A stretch of DNA of 64,000 nt, from contig OZ240241.1 in assembly GCA_965198115.1 (NCBI GenBank), positions 6,432,001-6,496,000 on the forward strand, given 5' to 3'. The notes below the pieces were generated by a model that had not been told where the DNA came from, did not search any database, and saw nothing but the letters and a program-made list of their open reading frames with translations. The DNA is from Candidatus Latescibacterota bacterium. Its GTDB lineage: Bacteria > Latescibacterota > UBA2968. Within the stretch, counting starts at the first letter, position 1, and every line of letters starts with the position of its first letter. The position numbers and the translations under genes are program-made. Shown here piece by piece: positions 40,324 through 50,186 of this stretch.

Positions 40324-41585
40324 ATGAAAATTACGGATCTCAAGCTATTTCTCGTCAGCTATGGACATCAGTTCGATTGGGGACCGAAAGGCTACTCGCC
40401 GAATTACACGATGATCAAAATCTACACGGACGAAGGTGTCGAAGGGCTTGGCGAAGCGTTTCACAGTCTGGAGGATCCGGTCAGGGGCGCGCTGGCCAAA
40501 TACAAGCGTTGGCTGGTCGGGCAGGACCCGACAAAAGTTCTCCATAACTGGCAAGCGATCTATCGAGGTTTACGTTATCCACTGGGGACAGCCGAACTGG
40601 CGGCGTTGAGTGCAGTCGAAGTGGCGCTGTGGGACATCGCGGGGAAGTGTTGCGGCCTACCGATCTACAAGATGCTCGGGTAGTGGTTCACTTTGAAAGT
40701 GAACCACTACCGATGCTCGGGGGCCCTTGCCGTGATCGGATTCGCGCTTACCATAGCGGGACGTGGTCTCAGATGCCCGAAATCGGGCACCTGCCGGTCG
40801 AACAACAAGCGAAGGCGATCGTGGACGAGGGCTGGACAGCGATCAAGTTTCCGGTTCCGCAGGCGGAGATGAAAGGGAATCCGCCGGAGCTTACTCTAAC
40901 GTTGTCGCCGAAGTCGGCGCATCAGGAAGTGCAGGAAAAGACGGAACGGACGCGACTGATTCGGGAAGCGGTCGGGAACGATGTGGATATCTGTATCGAT
41001 TACGCGGCCCAGAACGTGAGCCCGGGACCCGTCAAGCGGCTGATCAAGGCGATCGAGCCCTATCATCCGCTCTTTATCGAAGAACCGGTGCTGTCCGAGA
41101 ATCCCGATCTGCTGGTGGAGGTAAAGGCGCAGACGAGCATCCCGATTGCGGCGGGTGAGCGAGTGGTTCATCGACCTGTTCAAGCAGGTGATCGAGAAAC
41201 GAGCGGTCGACATTATCCAGCTCGAGCCGACAGCGTGTGGGGGGATTTCGGAGACGGTAAAACGAGCGGGGACGGCTGAGCTGTATCACATTCAACTGGC
41301 GCCCCATCACGCTAGCGGGCCGGTCGCGTTGACCACGTGCGTTCACATCGATCAGTCGTTCCCAATTTCCTGATCCAGGAAATGGGCTCCGACCTGACGT
41401 CGCAGAAGTACCGGGACCTTTTCTTCGACGATATTCTGGTGATTGAGAACGGCTACATCGAACTGCCCATGAAGCCAGGTCTGGGGCTCGAGTTGAACGA
41501 GGAAGCATTGAAGGACTATCCGCCTTCGCCGTGGGATCGTCCGGTCGTCGTGCAGGCGGATGGATCGGTGGGGTTAGGGGCCTGA
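40324..41585 (+). pseudogene. Galactonate dehydratase-like enolase-superfamily pseudogene
   Basis: EG.GE, SAVEVALWDI.GK, FIEEP, AAGER, APH, PNFLIQE, PGLG. Broken by the insertion at 40679-40711 and frameshifts at about 41165 and 41355. Confidence 0.88.
40679..40711. mobile_element. 33-bp IR-only insertion (minimal MITE or IS footprint)
   Basis: GGTAGTGGTTCACTTT-G-AAAGTGAACCACTACC flanked by the 8-bp direct repeat GATGCTCG; removal restores KMLGGPC. Confidence 0.88.
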
Positions 41586-41605
41586 AGCCGAGGGTGTGGA
41601 GGTCT

Positions 41606-42560
41606 CTAGTCTCCGATGACCTCGGTGAGGTGACCGAAGAGCTCTCGCAAACGCGCCGTTTTTTCGGGTGGGAGTGCGGGTTTTTGCATCGAGGCGACGT
41701 TCGCATCGAGGTGGGCGATGTCGATCGTGCCGGTCATGATGGTCGAGATCGCGTCGTTTCCGGCTGAGAAGCGGTAAGCGGCGGATACGAGCGATGGCTC
41801 ATCGTCGTCGAGCAACCAACCGAGGGCGTCTTCGTCCCGAATGGCATCGTCGAGGAGACCCTGCTCCTTCAGCCGCTTGATTGTCTCGGTGAGATTCTGA
41901 GGCTGGCTAAACGCATTCCTCACGGTAAAGATGCCGATCGCACCGACGTCTTTTTCGTGGCACGTCGGGAAGACCGTCCGCTCCGCAGATTTGGTTCATC
42001 ATGTTGTAGGCCACCATGACGACCTCGACCAGGTTGTCTCCTGCGGCGGCTTCGAGCCAGGTATGTCCGCCATCCCCTCCTGAGTGTTCGGATGAGCCGA
42101 TGTGACGGACCTTTCCTTCCTGAACCAGTTGCTCGAGCGTCGGCCGAATTTCGTCGACCACCCTCGGGTAATCAAACCCACGCATCGCGCCCGCCATCAG
42201 CAGAATATCCAGTTCGTCAACCTGTAGATTTCTCAGGCTCTGTTCGACGATCTCCCTGATCTGATCGGCGGACGGCGTTTCCCGCGTATCCTCATCCATG
42301 ACGGCGAATTTTGTGGACAATGTATAGCTGTCTCGGGCCACACCTTTCAGCCCCCGACCGAGAATAAGCTCGCTGTCCCCATACCCTGGGGGCACAGCCA
42401 TATCGAAGTGGTTAATGCCGAGGTCAAGCGCGTGACGGATCAGACGGTGGATTTCGGACTCCGGAACCCCGGCATTCTGACCAAACTGGTTGTAACCTCC
42501 CGATCCGAGGGAGAGGAGGGAAATCCTGATATCAGTCCTGCCCAAACGCCGGTAGATCAT
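41606..42560 (-). CDS. Aldo/keto reductase with a frameshift at about 41990
   Basis: YRRLGRT, GINHFD, YG.SE, SL.NLQVD, GKVRHIG.S; one extra A in AACCAAATCT. Confidence 0.85.
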
Positions 42561-42617
42561 TCGTTTGCTCCAACGGGATAGCTCCCAAAAACGGTTGCCT
42601 TCCTTCGATGAGAACCT

Positions 42618-42773
42618 TGTTACCCCGGTATGCTTCTGAGGAGTCTGTCCCGAACAAATGTGAGGGAGGGCCCATTTTCTCGAAGCTTGTTTGCATATCG
42701 ATGGTGCTTCGTCAGAATGGATCCCCCTTCGACAAGCTCAGGACAGGCGGCTCAAAACACCGCCGGGATGACA
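42618..42773. repeat. Family A element, copy 5, with two nested modules
   Basis: TGTTACCCCGG...CCGGGATGACA with inserts at 42643-42666 (rc CCCTCACATTTGTTCGGGACAGAC) and CCTTCGACAAGCTCAGGACAGG. Confidence 0.75.
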
Positions 42774-42792
42774 GTAGTGGTCGCCACACTAA

Positions 42793-44086
42793 GGGTTTGC
42801 CACGAAATAAGTGCTGCACTTTTCAAGGTAATGATCTTACGCTCGGAGTGTGGACGTCGAAACTCTCCGAACGAAGTATGAAGCCTTGGCTCCGGTGCTG
42901 ACGGAACGCACGCGTCGTCTGTGGGCCGCCACGGAAGCCGAAGCGTTGGGTCACGGTGGGATCGCGATTGTGGCTCTGGCGACAGGAATGTCCAGAGAGC
43001 GGATCTTTCGTGGCATTCAGGAGTTGAGGTCGGACGAACCTTTGGACCCGGCTCGCATCCGGCGTCCAGGCGGCGGTCGTAAGCGGAAGGCCGACACGGA
43101 CCCGACGCTGTGGCAGGACCTGAATGATCTGGTCGAGCCAACGACTGCGGGGTCGCCTGACGACAATCCTCTGAGATGGACATCGAAGAGCACTCGCAAA
43201 CTGGCCGCCGAGTTGCAAGCGATGGGGCATTCGGTGAGCCCCAGGATCGTTGCCAATCTCCTGCACGAACACGATTACACGCTGCAGGCGAATCGGAAGA
43301 CAAGGGAGGGATCTGCACACCCGGATCGGGACGCTCAGTTCGTTTACCTCGATGATCGGATTAGCCAGCAGCAGCAGCAGGGCCTTCCCGTTATCTCGGT
43401 GGACACCAAGAAGAAAGAGTTGATCGGCGACTTCAAGAATCCTGGCCGAGAATGGCGACCCAAGGGAGACCCGGAGCGTGTGAAGGTACACGATTTCATA
43501 GTGCCTGCTCAGGGCAAGGCGATCCCTTATGGAGTGTATGATCTGAGCCGTGATGAAGGCTGGGTAAGTGTCGGTATCGATCACGACACGGCCAGCTTCG
43601 CCGTGAATGCGATCCGAAGTTGGTGGAAGAACATGGGACGGCCCGCCTACGGCACTTCGACGCATCTGCTAATCACGGCGGACGCAGGCGGCAGCAACGG
43701 CGCCAAGACGCGGCTGTGGAAGTGGGAGCTGCAGCGCTTTGCGAATCGCACTGGCCTGACGATCACCGTATGCCACTACCCTCCTGGCACTAGTAAGTGG
43801 AACAAGATCGAACATCGCCTGTTCTCCTTCATCGCTATGAACTGGCGAGGCAAGCCCCTGGTCAGCCTGGCTGCAACCGTGAATCTCATTGCCGGAACGA
43901 CCACTCAAGCCGGTCTCCGAGTACGCTCCGAGATCGACAAGCGACCCTACCCTAACGGGGTCAAGGTGACCGATGAACAGATGACCCAAATCGATCTCAC
44001 TCCGCACGATTTCCACGGCGACTGGAACTACACGATCCGGCCAATGGCTCAACATTGAGATCGACCGTTTATTTATTCGCGAACCC
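42793..44086 (+). mobile_element. ISAzo13-family element
   Basis: IRs GGGTTTGCCACGAAATAA / rc GGGTTCGCGAATAAATAA; 3-bp TSD TAA. Confidence 0.88.
42850..44058 (+). CDS. ISAzo13 transposase
   Basis: LRWTSKS, HPDRDAQF, ISVDTKKKE, DAGGSN, PPGTSKWNKIEHRLF, WNYTI. Confidence 0.95.
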   Translation: MDVETLRTKYEALAPVLTERTRRLWAATEAEALGHGGIAIVALATGMSRERIFRGIQELRSDEPLDPARIRRPGGGRKRKADTDPTLWQDLNDLVEPTTAGSPDDNPLRWTSKSTRKLAAELQAMGHSVSPRIVANLLHEHDYTLQANRKTREGSAHPDRDAQFVYLDDRISQQQQQGLPVISVDTKKKELIGDFKNPGREWRPKGDPERVKVHDFIVPAQGKAIPYGVYDLSRDEGWVSVGIDHDTASFAVNAIRSWWKNMGRPAYGTSTHLLITADAGGSNGAKTRLWKWELQRFANRTGLTITVCHYPPGTSKWNKIEHRLFSFIAMNWRGKPLVSLAATVNLIAGTTTQAGLRVRSEIDKRPYPNGVKVTDEQMTQIDLTPHDFHGDWNYTIRPMAQH

Positions 44087-44101
44087 TAAGCTCATCGGCC
44101 A

Positions 44102-44872
44102 TTACACGTCGCACACTTCGAAAGCCTGGCGTAACGCCGGCAGCACGTCGCCTTTCGGCCTGAACTCGTGGCCGACGTAGCCCTCATAGCCCGCCCGATC
44201 CAGGGCTCGGCATATGGGTCTGTAGTTCAGCTCCTGCTCATCGTCCAGGTCGTTTCTGCCAGGATTCCCCGCTGTGTGGACATGCCCGAAAACGCCCGCG
44301 TGCGTTTCGATGGTGCGGATGATGTCGCCTTCCATAATCTGCATGTGATAGATGTCATAGAGGAGTTTCACACGTGGGCTCCCGACGCGATTTACGACGT
44401 CTACGCCCCAAGCCGTATGGTCACACACGTAGTTTGGATGATTCACCTTCGAATTGAGCAGCTCGAGGTTGAGGTTGACACCCTTCTCCTCGGAGTAGGG
44501 GGCCGCTCGTCTCAGCCCTTCGGCTGTGTTCTCCTTCGCCTCTTCCTCCGACATTCCTTCGACACGATTCCCGCTGAAACAGATGAGCCCAGTGATGTTC
44601 CGTTCGGCGGCCAGATCGATAGATGCCTTCAGCTCGTCTTCGATGCGGTCGTGATTTTCACGCTTGTTCAACCCGTCTGTGAGAGCCTGGTGACCCGCTG
44701 TGCTGACGACGCGGAGACCGTGACCGCTCGCCGCGTCACAGATCGCGTCAAACTCGGCGCCGCGCCCCCAAACTTCGATCGCCGGATAGCCGATGTCGGC
44801 GATGCCTTGGAGGAGTTCATCTTGATCCATCTCCGGGAGAATGGGGACACAGATAGATTGTTTGATGGGCAT
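44102..44872 (-). CDS. Hydroxypyruvate isomerase-like TIM-barrel protein
   Basis: ICFSGN, ELLNS, LLYDIYHMQIMEGD, HTAG.PGR, GHEF. Confidence 0.88.
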   Translation of the reverse strand: MPIKQSICVPILPEMDQDELLQGIADIGYPAIEVWGRGAEFDAICDAASGHGLRVVSTAGHQALTDGLNKRENHDRIEDELKASIDLAAERNITGLICFSGNRVEGMSEEEAKENTAEGLRRAAPYSEEKGVNLNLELLNSKVNHPNYVCDHTAWGVDVVNRVGSPRVKLLYDIYHMQIMEGDIIRTIETHAGVFGHVHTAGNPGRNDLDDEQELNYRPICRALDRAGYEGYVGHEFRPKGDVLPALRQAFEVCDV

Positions 44873-45134
44873 GGGTTTCTCTCTCTATGATCGGTTCACA
44901 ATGTGTCTCCGCGCGGAGCACGGGACGAGCGACGCGTTGTGTGTATTAGGGGCAGAGCCCCTGCTACGATCGGGCTCCCGCCCGACCCAACCATGAAACG
45001 ACGCGAACCGCTCGCCCCTGGGCTCGGCCCGGGGGCATGGTGTTCGCCGACAAGGCTAAACTGGCACTATCGTGGCCTTACAGGCCGCACACGACTCGAT
45101 GTCTTTCAGATCCCAGGGCGTTGCCCTGGGCTTA

Positions 45135-46396
45135 GTACTCCTGTTCTCAAATACGGTGACGTATTCTAAGCAGACTTTGCCAAGGGCGTATCGTAGAACC
45201 TGAGTTTGTCGATCATCTCCGCGAGATCTGTTCGTGTGAACTTCCATTTGAAGGGTGTGGCGATACGTCCGTAGCGTTCCTGAAAACCGAGGATTCTTGC
45301 CTCAAGCTCTTCGAGCGATGCAAATTCGATAGGTGTCAGAGCCTTGCGTTTGAGGATCGAGAAGTAGATCTCGATCTGATTGAGCCAGCTTGCGTGGATC
45401 GGAAGGTGAACGGGGTGGATGTTTGGCCACTTCCCCTGGATACGGTCGATGCATGTTTGCCCTCGGTGCGAGGAGCCATTATCCACGATGAGGTAGACTT
45501 TCTTTGCCGAGCAATAGGGTTTCCGGCTCATGATCAGGCTCAGGAGCCGGTTGAAGGGCTCGATACCCGAAGAAGACTCACAGAGACCGAAGATTCGACC
45601 ATTGTGCACGTCGAGAGCAGCCAGATAGGCCAGGGCTCCTTTCCGCTCGTATTCGTGTTCAACGCGTGCCGCTCTGTTCGAGGCTGGCGGTAGGGTAACG
45701 TGCTTGCGAGCTCGTGCTTGAATACTGGTCTTTTCGTCGGCAGAAAGTACATATTCCCTCGGCCCTAAAGGCTTTCCTTGCCATTGGCGGTGATACAGAT
45801 CAAGGACTCTACCTGCTTTGGTTTGGAAGTCCGGGTCCCGTGGGAAAATCCAGGAGCGATGATACCAAGGACGAATCGCGTCCTCGTTCAACCAGCGCCA
45901 GACAGTGGCGCCGCTGATCTTGGCAACGAAGCCCCTTTGCACTGCCTCGGCGGCAATCTCGGAACAGCTGAACCGCGAGAGCGGTATCCCGCTCTCGCTC
46001 GGTAGTTCACACGCCAGCGCCTTGATCTGAACGACCACCTGAGGGGGGGAAAACCGGGCGGGCGCCCGGGACGAGATCTATCTTCGAGTCCCGAAAGACG
46101 CTCTTCGAAAAAGCGCTTACGCCATTTGCTTACGATCGGACGCGGGACATCCAACCGTTGGGCGATAATCTTGTTGGATAATCCCTCGGCGGCGAGAAGC
46201 ACGATTTTCGATCGGATCACTTGATAATACGATAACGTATATTGTCCAGCCATTCGCTCGAGGTCGACCCGTTCCTTCTCAGACAGTAGCACCACATAAG
46301 GCGAACGTCTTGGCATTGTTCTCCTCCTTTTGAAGGAGAACATAAGCTACAAATAATGTTCAGGACATACGTAATAATATTTATGAAACCATGCAC
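45135..46396 (-). mobile_element. IS630-family element
   Basis: TA duplication at 45133-34 and 46397-98; imperfect IRs TAGTACTCCTGTTCTCAAATACGGTGACGTAT / TAGTGCATGGTTTCATAAATATTATTACGTAT. Confidence 0.88.
45166..46316 (-). CDS. IS630 transposase split into HTH (orfA) and DDE (orfB) frames
   Basis: orfA HTH ..KWRKRF..GLED.SRPGRP; orfB DEKTSIQ, DNGSSH, SWLNQIE.YF; junction T4C7 at 46043-46053. Confidence 0.9.
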
Positions 46397-46504
46397 TAAG
46401 GTATGTCGCGCCGTTGGCGCTCAAAACCAACGACCGGGTTGACGCCCGCCGCCTGTTCGAATACCGATCCTCACGGCGAGCCGTCGTTTCGCCACAGTCC
46501 ACCG

Positions 46505-47083
46505 CTATCCGTCTTCCAACAATCCCGCTGTCTGAAGTGGACGCCAGAAAGCATAGTCAGCATGATGCACGATCTGGACGTGGAGCGATCGTGTCACGAG
46601 TTCACCTTCACCGGAATGACATCCAGCCGCGTGACAGACCTCCTCGGGCAATCCGATCGTCAGGCAGACATGTGTGCCGTATTGCGTGTGGCGGATGGCA
46701 GGATAGCCGGTGCCCGGGGTGTTGGCCTTCCATCGCTTCTGATTCTCGGGGTCGAATTCGTAAGGCTTCCCGACGTCGTGACAGAGGGCACAGGCGATGA
46801 GCAGATCGCGATCGACGGGAAGATCGGGAAATTGATCGCTCAGGGTATCGGCGATGACGATGGCGAGTCGAGTAACGCCCCGGATGTGGTCCGTCTGTGT
46901 TCCGGACTTGAGTGCGGGTGTGTCGGGATTTCCGGACGCTCGGATCTGATCGATCGAGTCGAAAGAACTTCGGGACAGGCTATATGTCCAGGCGTCGAGG
47001 ACCTTGCTGCGGAGCTTTTCGTCCTTGATTTCATTCAACTCCGGAAGAGAATCGATCACAGTTTGTTTGATCTGGTCACTCAT
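46505..47083 (-). CDS. HD-domain protein
   Basis: DH..GV, LCHDVGK, RH..YG, CHS, HHAD. Confidence 0.85.
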   Translation of the reverse strand: MSDQIKQTVIDSLPELNEIKDEKLRSKVLDAWTYSLSRSSFDSIDQIRASGNPDTPALKSGTQTDHIRGVTRLAIVIADTLSDQFPDLPVDRDLLIACALCHDVGKPYEFDPENQKRWKANTPGTGYPAIRHTQYGTHVCLTIGLPEEVCHAAGCHSGEGELVTRSLHVQIVHHADYAFWRPLQTAGLLEDG

Positions 47084-47107
47084 TGGGGACCTCGGAGGAT
47101 GTGAACC

Positions 47108-48133
47108 TCAGGCCTGCGATGTGGCGCCGGCAATGCGCCAGACGCCCCGTTCGTTCTCTGCCGTACCGTCGCAGCCCTCGTAGACGATTCGGTAGGCCTG
47201 ACCTGTCGGCAGACGATAGATGCACATTTCGGATGACTTCGCTCGATCCCAGCGTCCGCCCGGAGACAAGGCTGGCTTGGTTTCCTTCTCCCAGGTCAGC
47301 CCATCTTCCGACTGGGCTCGGAGGATTTGGGCCCGGTTGGTCGCGCTATAACCGGCGTAGTACATGATATATGTGCCTGTGTAGAGCTGGAGAATCTCGC
47401 AGGCGAACGCTGTGGCCGTATCGTGTGTTCCCCCATTCGGGACCCTCGTGCCCTCCTCTTCCGTGAATGACAGCCCGTCGTCAGAGATGGCACTGATGAT
47501 GCCGCGTCCACGCTGTCCACAGTAGAGACGCGTGCGGCCGTCCTGAAGAAACAGAATCCGAGGGGACGAATAGTTCGCGATGGCAGAGGACAATCGATCG
47601 CCGGACTCAACAGACCAGGAGAGCCCATCGTTGGAGATGGCGCTGCGGATAGAGCTGGGCTCGGTCTGCGGCCCCGTCGCACACTCGTAATACATTCTGA
47701 AACGACCGTCGGATGTGGGAACGACCTCGGAAGACACGACGCGCCACTCTCCCGCGCCGCCGTGTTGCGGGGTCAGACGTACGCCCGGCTCGGGGGTCCA
47801 GGCGAATCCATCGGAAGATGTGGCGCTGAGGATGCGGGTAGAGACGTTGTCGTAGTCGTTGGCACCCGCGGGATGTCCCGGACGGGGCAGCATCTGGGTG
47901 TAGTACATGCGGAGACTGCGGTCGGGCAGCCTGAGCACGCGAGGAGACACTGAGCCGCAGATCCCGGTCCGAGGAAGGTCAGCCGGCCAGGTTGCCTCTG
48001 GGCGTGGATCCGTAGCGTCGTCGGGTGGTGCCTCGATGGAGGGGGTTTCGTCTTTGTGCCACCCGACACCCGGATCGGACGGAATCGCGTGCACGTCGGG
48101 AGAAGACGTGGCGGAACGGGAGAGATCGATCAT
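47108..48133 (-). CDS. Five-bladed beta-propeller protein (GH32/GH43-like fold)
   Basis: Repeated MYY...SxDGLxW blades. Confidence 0.65.
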   Translation of the reverse strand: MIDLSRSATSSPDVHAIPSDPGVGWHKDETPSIEAPPDDATDPRPEATWPADLPRTGICGSVSPRVLRLPDRSLRMYYTQMLPRPGHPAGANDYDNVSTRILSATSSDGFAWTPEPGVRLTPQHGGAGEWRVVSSEVVPTSDGRFRMYYECATGPQTEPSSIRSAISNDGLSWSVESGDRLSSAIANYSSPRILFLQDGRTRLYCGQRGRGIISAISDDGLSFTEEEGTRVPNGGTHDTATAFACEILQLYTGTYIMYYAGYSATNRAQILRAQSEDGLTWEKETKPALSPGGRWDRAKSSEMCIYRLPTGQAYRIVYEGCDGTAENERGVWRIAGATSQA

Positions 48134-48145
48134 TCGGTTCAGCGT

Positions 48146-49378
48146 TTATGCAACAGGATACGAGATCGCCGAGGAGGGATAGACAGCCACCTTCGGTGTC
48201 TTGCCTCTGAACTGATCCTCCAGCATGTCGCGTGCGTTTCCCCAGACTTCAACAAGCTCGGCGTTGGGATACACATCGCGTACCTCGGCTGGACCGACGA
48301 CGTCGGACATATAGTAGAATTCAGGGACGTCGGTCTTGACGGGCACAGACTGCTCTTCTCGCTCTCTGTTCTCTTCCGCCCTGGTGTGCTTCTTGTTGAT
48401 GATACCCATCCGATGATAGCCTACGCCTTCGCTTCCGGCGGCGACGAGGACCTTGGCAGATCCATTCGATGCGTGGAGGGGCCAGAGACCGTGGCCGCTA
48501 TAGTTGATATCGTGGTCCCGGGGGTACCCTGTTGCAACGACGATTTCGGCGTCTTCGACCATTCGGATGGCGTAAGCCTTACGAGCGATTTCTACCGCCG
48601 CTCGATGGGCCTCAACAACATCGCCGACGACCGCCCCCGTGACTTCACGCGCGTTATTGAGGATCAGGAGGCACGTCGCGTCCAGCCCTGCCATTCGAGC
48701 CGCTTCTTCGGAGTTGAGACGGAACGGACTCATCTCTTTGCCGGCCTTGGTGAGCCCTTTGCCCAGTGGCCCGACCTCAAAATGGGCGGCGCGGTTAGTG
48801 CGATGACTGCAGCAACCTGGGATGACGATCTTGCCTCCGCCGCTGAAGGTCGCCGTCCCATGAGGCGTGGGACCGCCGACGCCGATCTTGAACTCGCAGT
48901 CCATGACCCACTGGTTCACTTCGACCGGTACACCGTACGAGGTCGTGCCCACGTTGATGAAGGCATCGTCCATCTCGTTCTGGCGGATCGGGAAGCTTCG
49001 AGCGACCTCCACACCGACCTTCTTTGCCTTGTCGGGACCGTGCATCATTCGGTGGCAGCCGTGTGCGATGAAGATGAGAATGGAGCCCTCGTCGATTCCG
49101 GCCTGGACGAGCTCTTCGATGATGAAGGGGAGGACGCGTGAGGCCGGTGTCGGTCGCGTAAGATCGTCAACGAGGATGACAGCGCTCTTCCGGCCGCTTG
49201 CCATCTCGGAGATCCGCGGTGTTCCGACGGGGTTCGCGAAGGCGTCGCCAACTTGCTCGTCTGTGAGCACCGGCCGAGATTCGAATGCTGCTGTTTCCAC
49301 TTGCCAGTTTTCGGGGAATGTCAGGTCAACGTCACGATCGCCATACCAGGCTGCCGTCTTGACCGTTACGGTACTCAT
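48146..49378 (-). CDS. LarA-family (lactate racemase-like) protein
   Basis: DDLTRPTP, GCHR, PH..FSGGGK..PG; AGGAGG before ATG 49378. Confidence 0.82.
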   Translation of the reverse strand: MSTVTVKTAAWYGDRDVDLTFPENWQVETAAFESRPVLTDEQVGDAFANPVGTPRISEMASGRKSAVILVDDLTRPTPASRVLPFIIEELVQAGIDEGSILIFIAHGCHRMMHGPDKAKKVGVEVARSFPIRQNEMDDAFINVGTTSYGVPVEVNQWVMDCEFKIGVGGPTPHGTATFSGGGKIVIPGCCSHRTNRAAHFEVGPLGKGLTKAGKEMSPFRLNSEEAARMAGLDATCLLILNNAREVTGAVVGDVVEAHRAAVEIARKAYAIRMVEDAEIVVATGYPRDHDINYSGHGLWPLHASNGSAKVLVAAGSEGVGYHRMGIINKKHTRAEENREREEQSVPVKTDVPEFYYMSDVVGPAEVRDVYPNAELVEVWGNARDMLEDQFRGKTPKVAVYPSSAISYPVA

Positions 49379-49490
49379 CAAGTCCTCCTGCTGGTGAATT
49401 GTTCGGTTGACCACCCCTCCAACCTCACCGCTTTCCGCCGGACAATCTATGCCGGACAGAAGAAAAAACCATCGCAATATTTACGGCCCT

Positions 49491-50186
49491 TCAACGTTCT
49501 GTCGAGCGTTCGAGCAACTGCTGAAGACGAATGGGAAACTGGTCGACCAGGTCCTTGGGAACGAGAGGCCACCCCTTGGCGGGGCGATGGACCAGGGGTG
49601 GCGCGTAGGCTACGTTGGCTCCCATGCGATGCGCGGTGCTCGAGGCGTTCGGCCCGTTGCGGTGCCAGAGTGCGCCGTGCCAGATCAGCACCGAACCCCG
49701 ACTGCCCACGACGGAGGTCTCGCCGAAGTAAACGCAATTGGCTTCCGGTGGTCTAAGGCGTCTGTGGCTGCCTGGAACGACACGGGTCGCGCCGTTTTCT
49801 TCGGTGAAGTCGGTGAGCATCCACATGGTCTGAAGCAGCAGCGGCCAGGGCGGCCAGGGCTGCGGCAGCTGATTCAACGGCCAATCCGAATGGAGACCCC
49901 CACCGGGCGAGCCCGGCTGGCACCACATCGTGCAGACGTTGTTGACCAGGTAGAAATCCTCGCCGAGCGCGTGTTCGACGATCTCCAGGACCTCCGGATG
50001 GATGCAAAGCGGGGCAAGTTCGAGTATCTGACAAAGGGCGCCTTCGAGTTTGACGTAACCGCCCTGGTCATCCATGAGAGGACGGGCTTGACGGTCAAGA
50101 CGCTGGGCTTCTGCGGGATCGATTGCGTCCTTCAGGACGCAGTAGCCCCTCTCGGCGAGATCGGCCTTGGCCTCGTCGAGGCTCAC
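49491..50186 (-). CDS. PhyH-family dioxygenase
   Basis: LHSD, WMLTDFTEENGAT.VVPGSH, LWH..G.N. Confidence 0.9.
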   Translation of the reverse strand: MSLDEAKADLAERGYCVLKDAIDPAEAQRLDRQARPLMDDQGGYVKLEGALCQILELAPLCIHPEVLEIVEHALGEDFYLVNNVCTMWCQPGSPGGGLHSDWPLNQLPQPWPPWPLLLQTMWMLTDFTEENGATRVVPGSHRRLRPPEANCVYFGETSVVGSRGSVLIWHGALWHRNGPNASSTAHRMGANVAYAPPLVHRPAKGWPLVPKDLVDQFPIRLQQLLERSTER

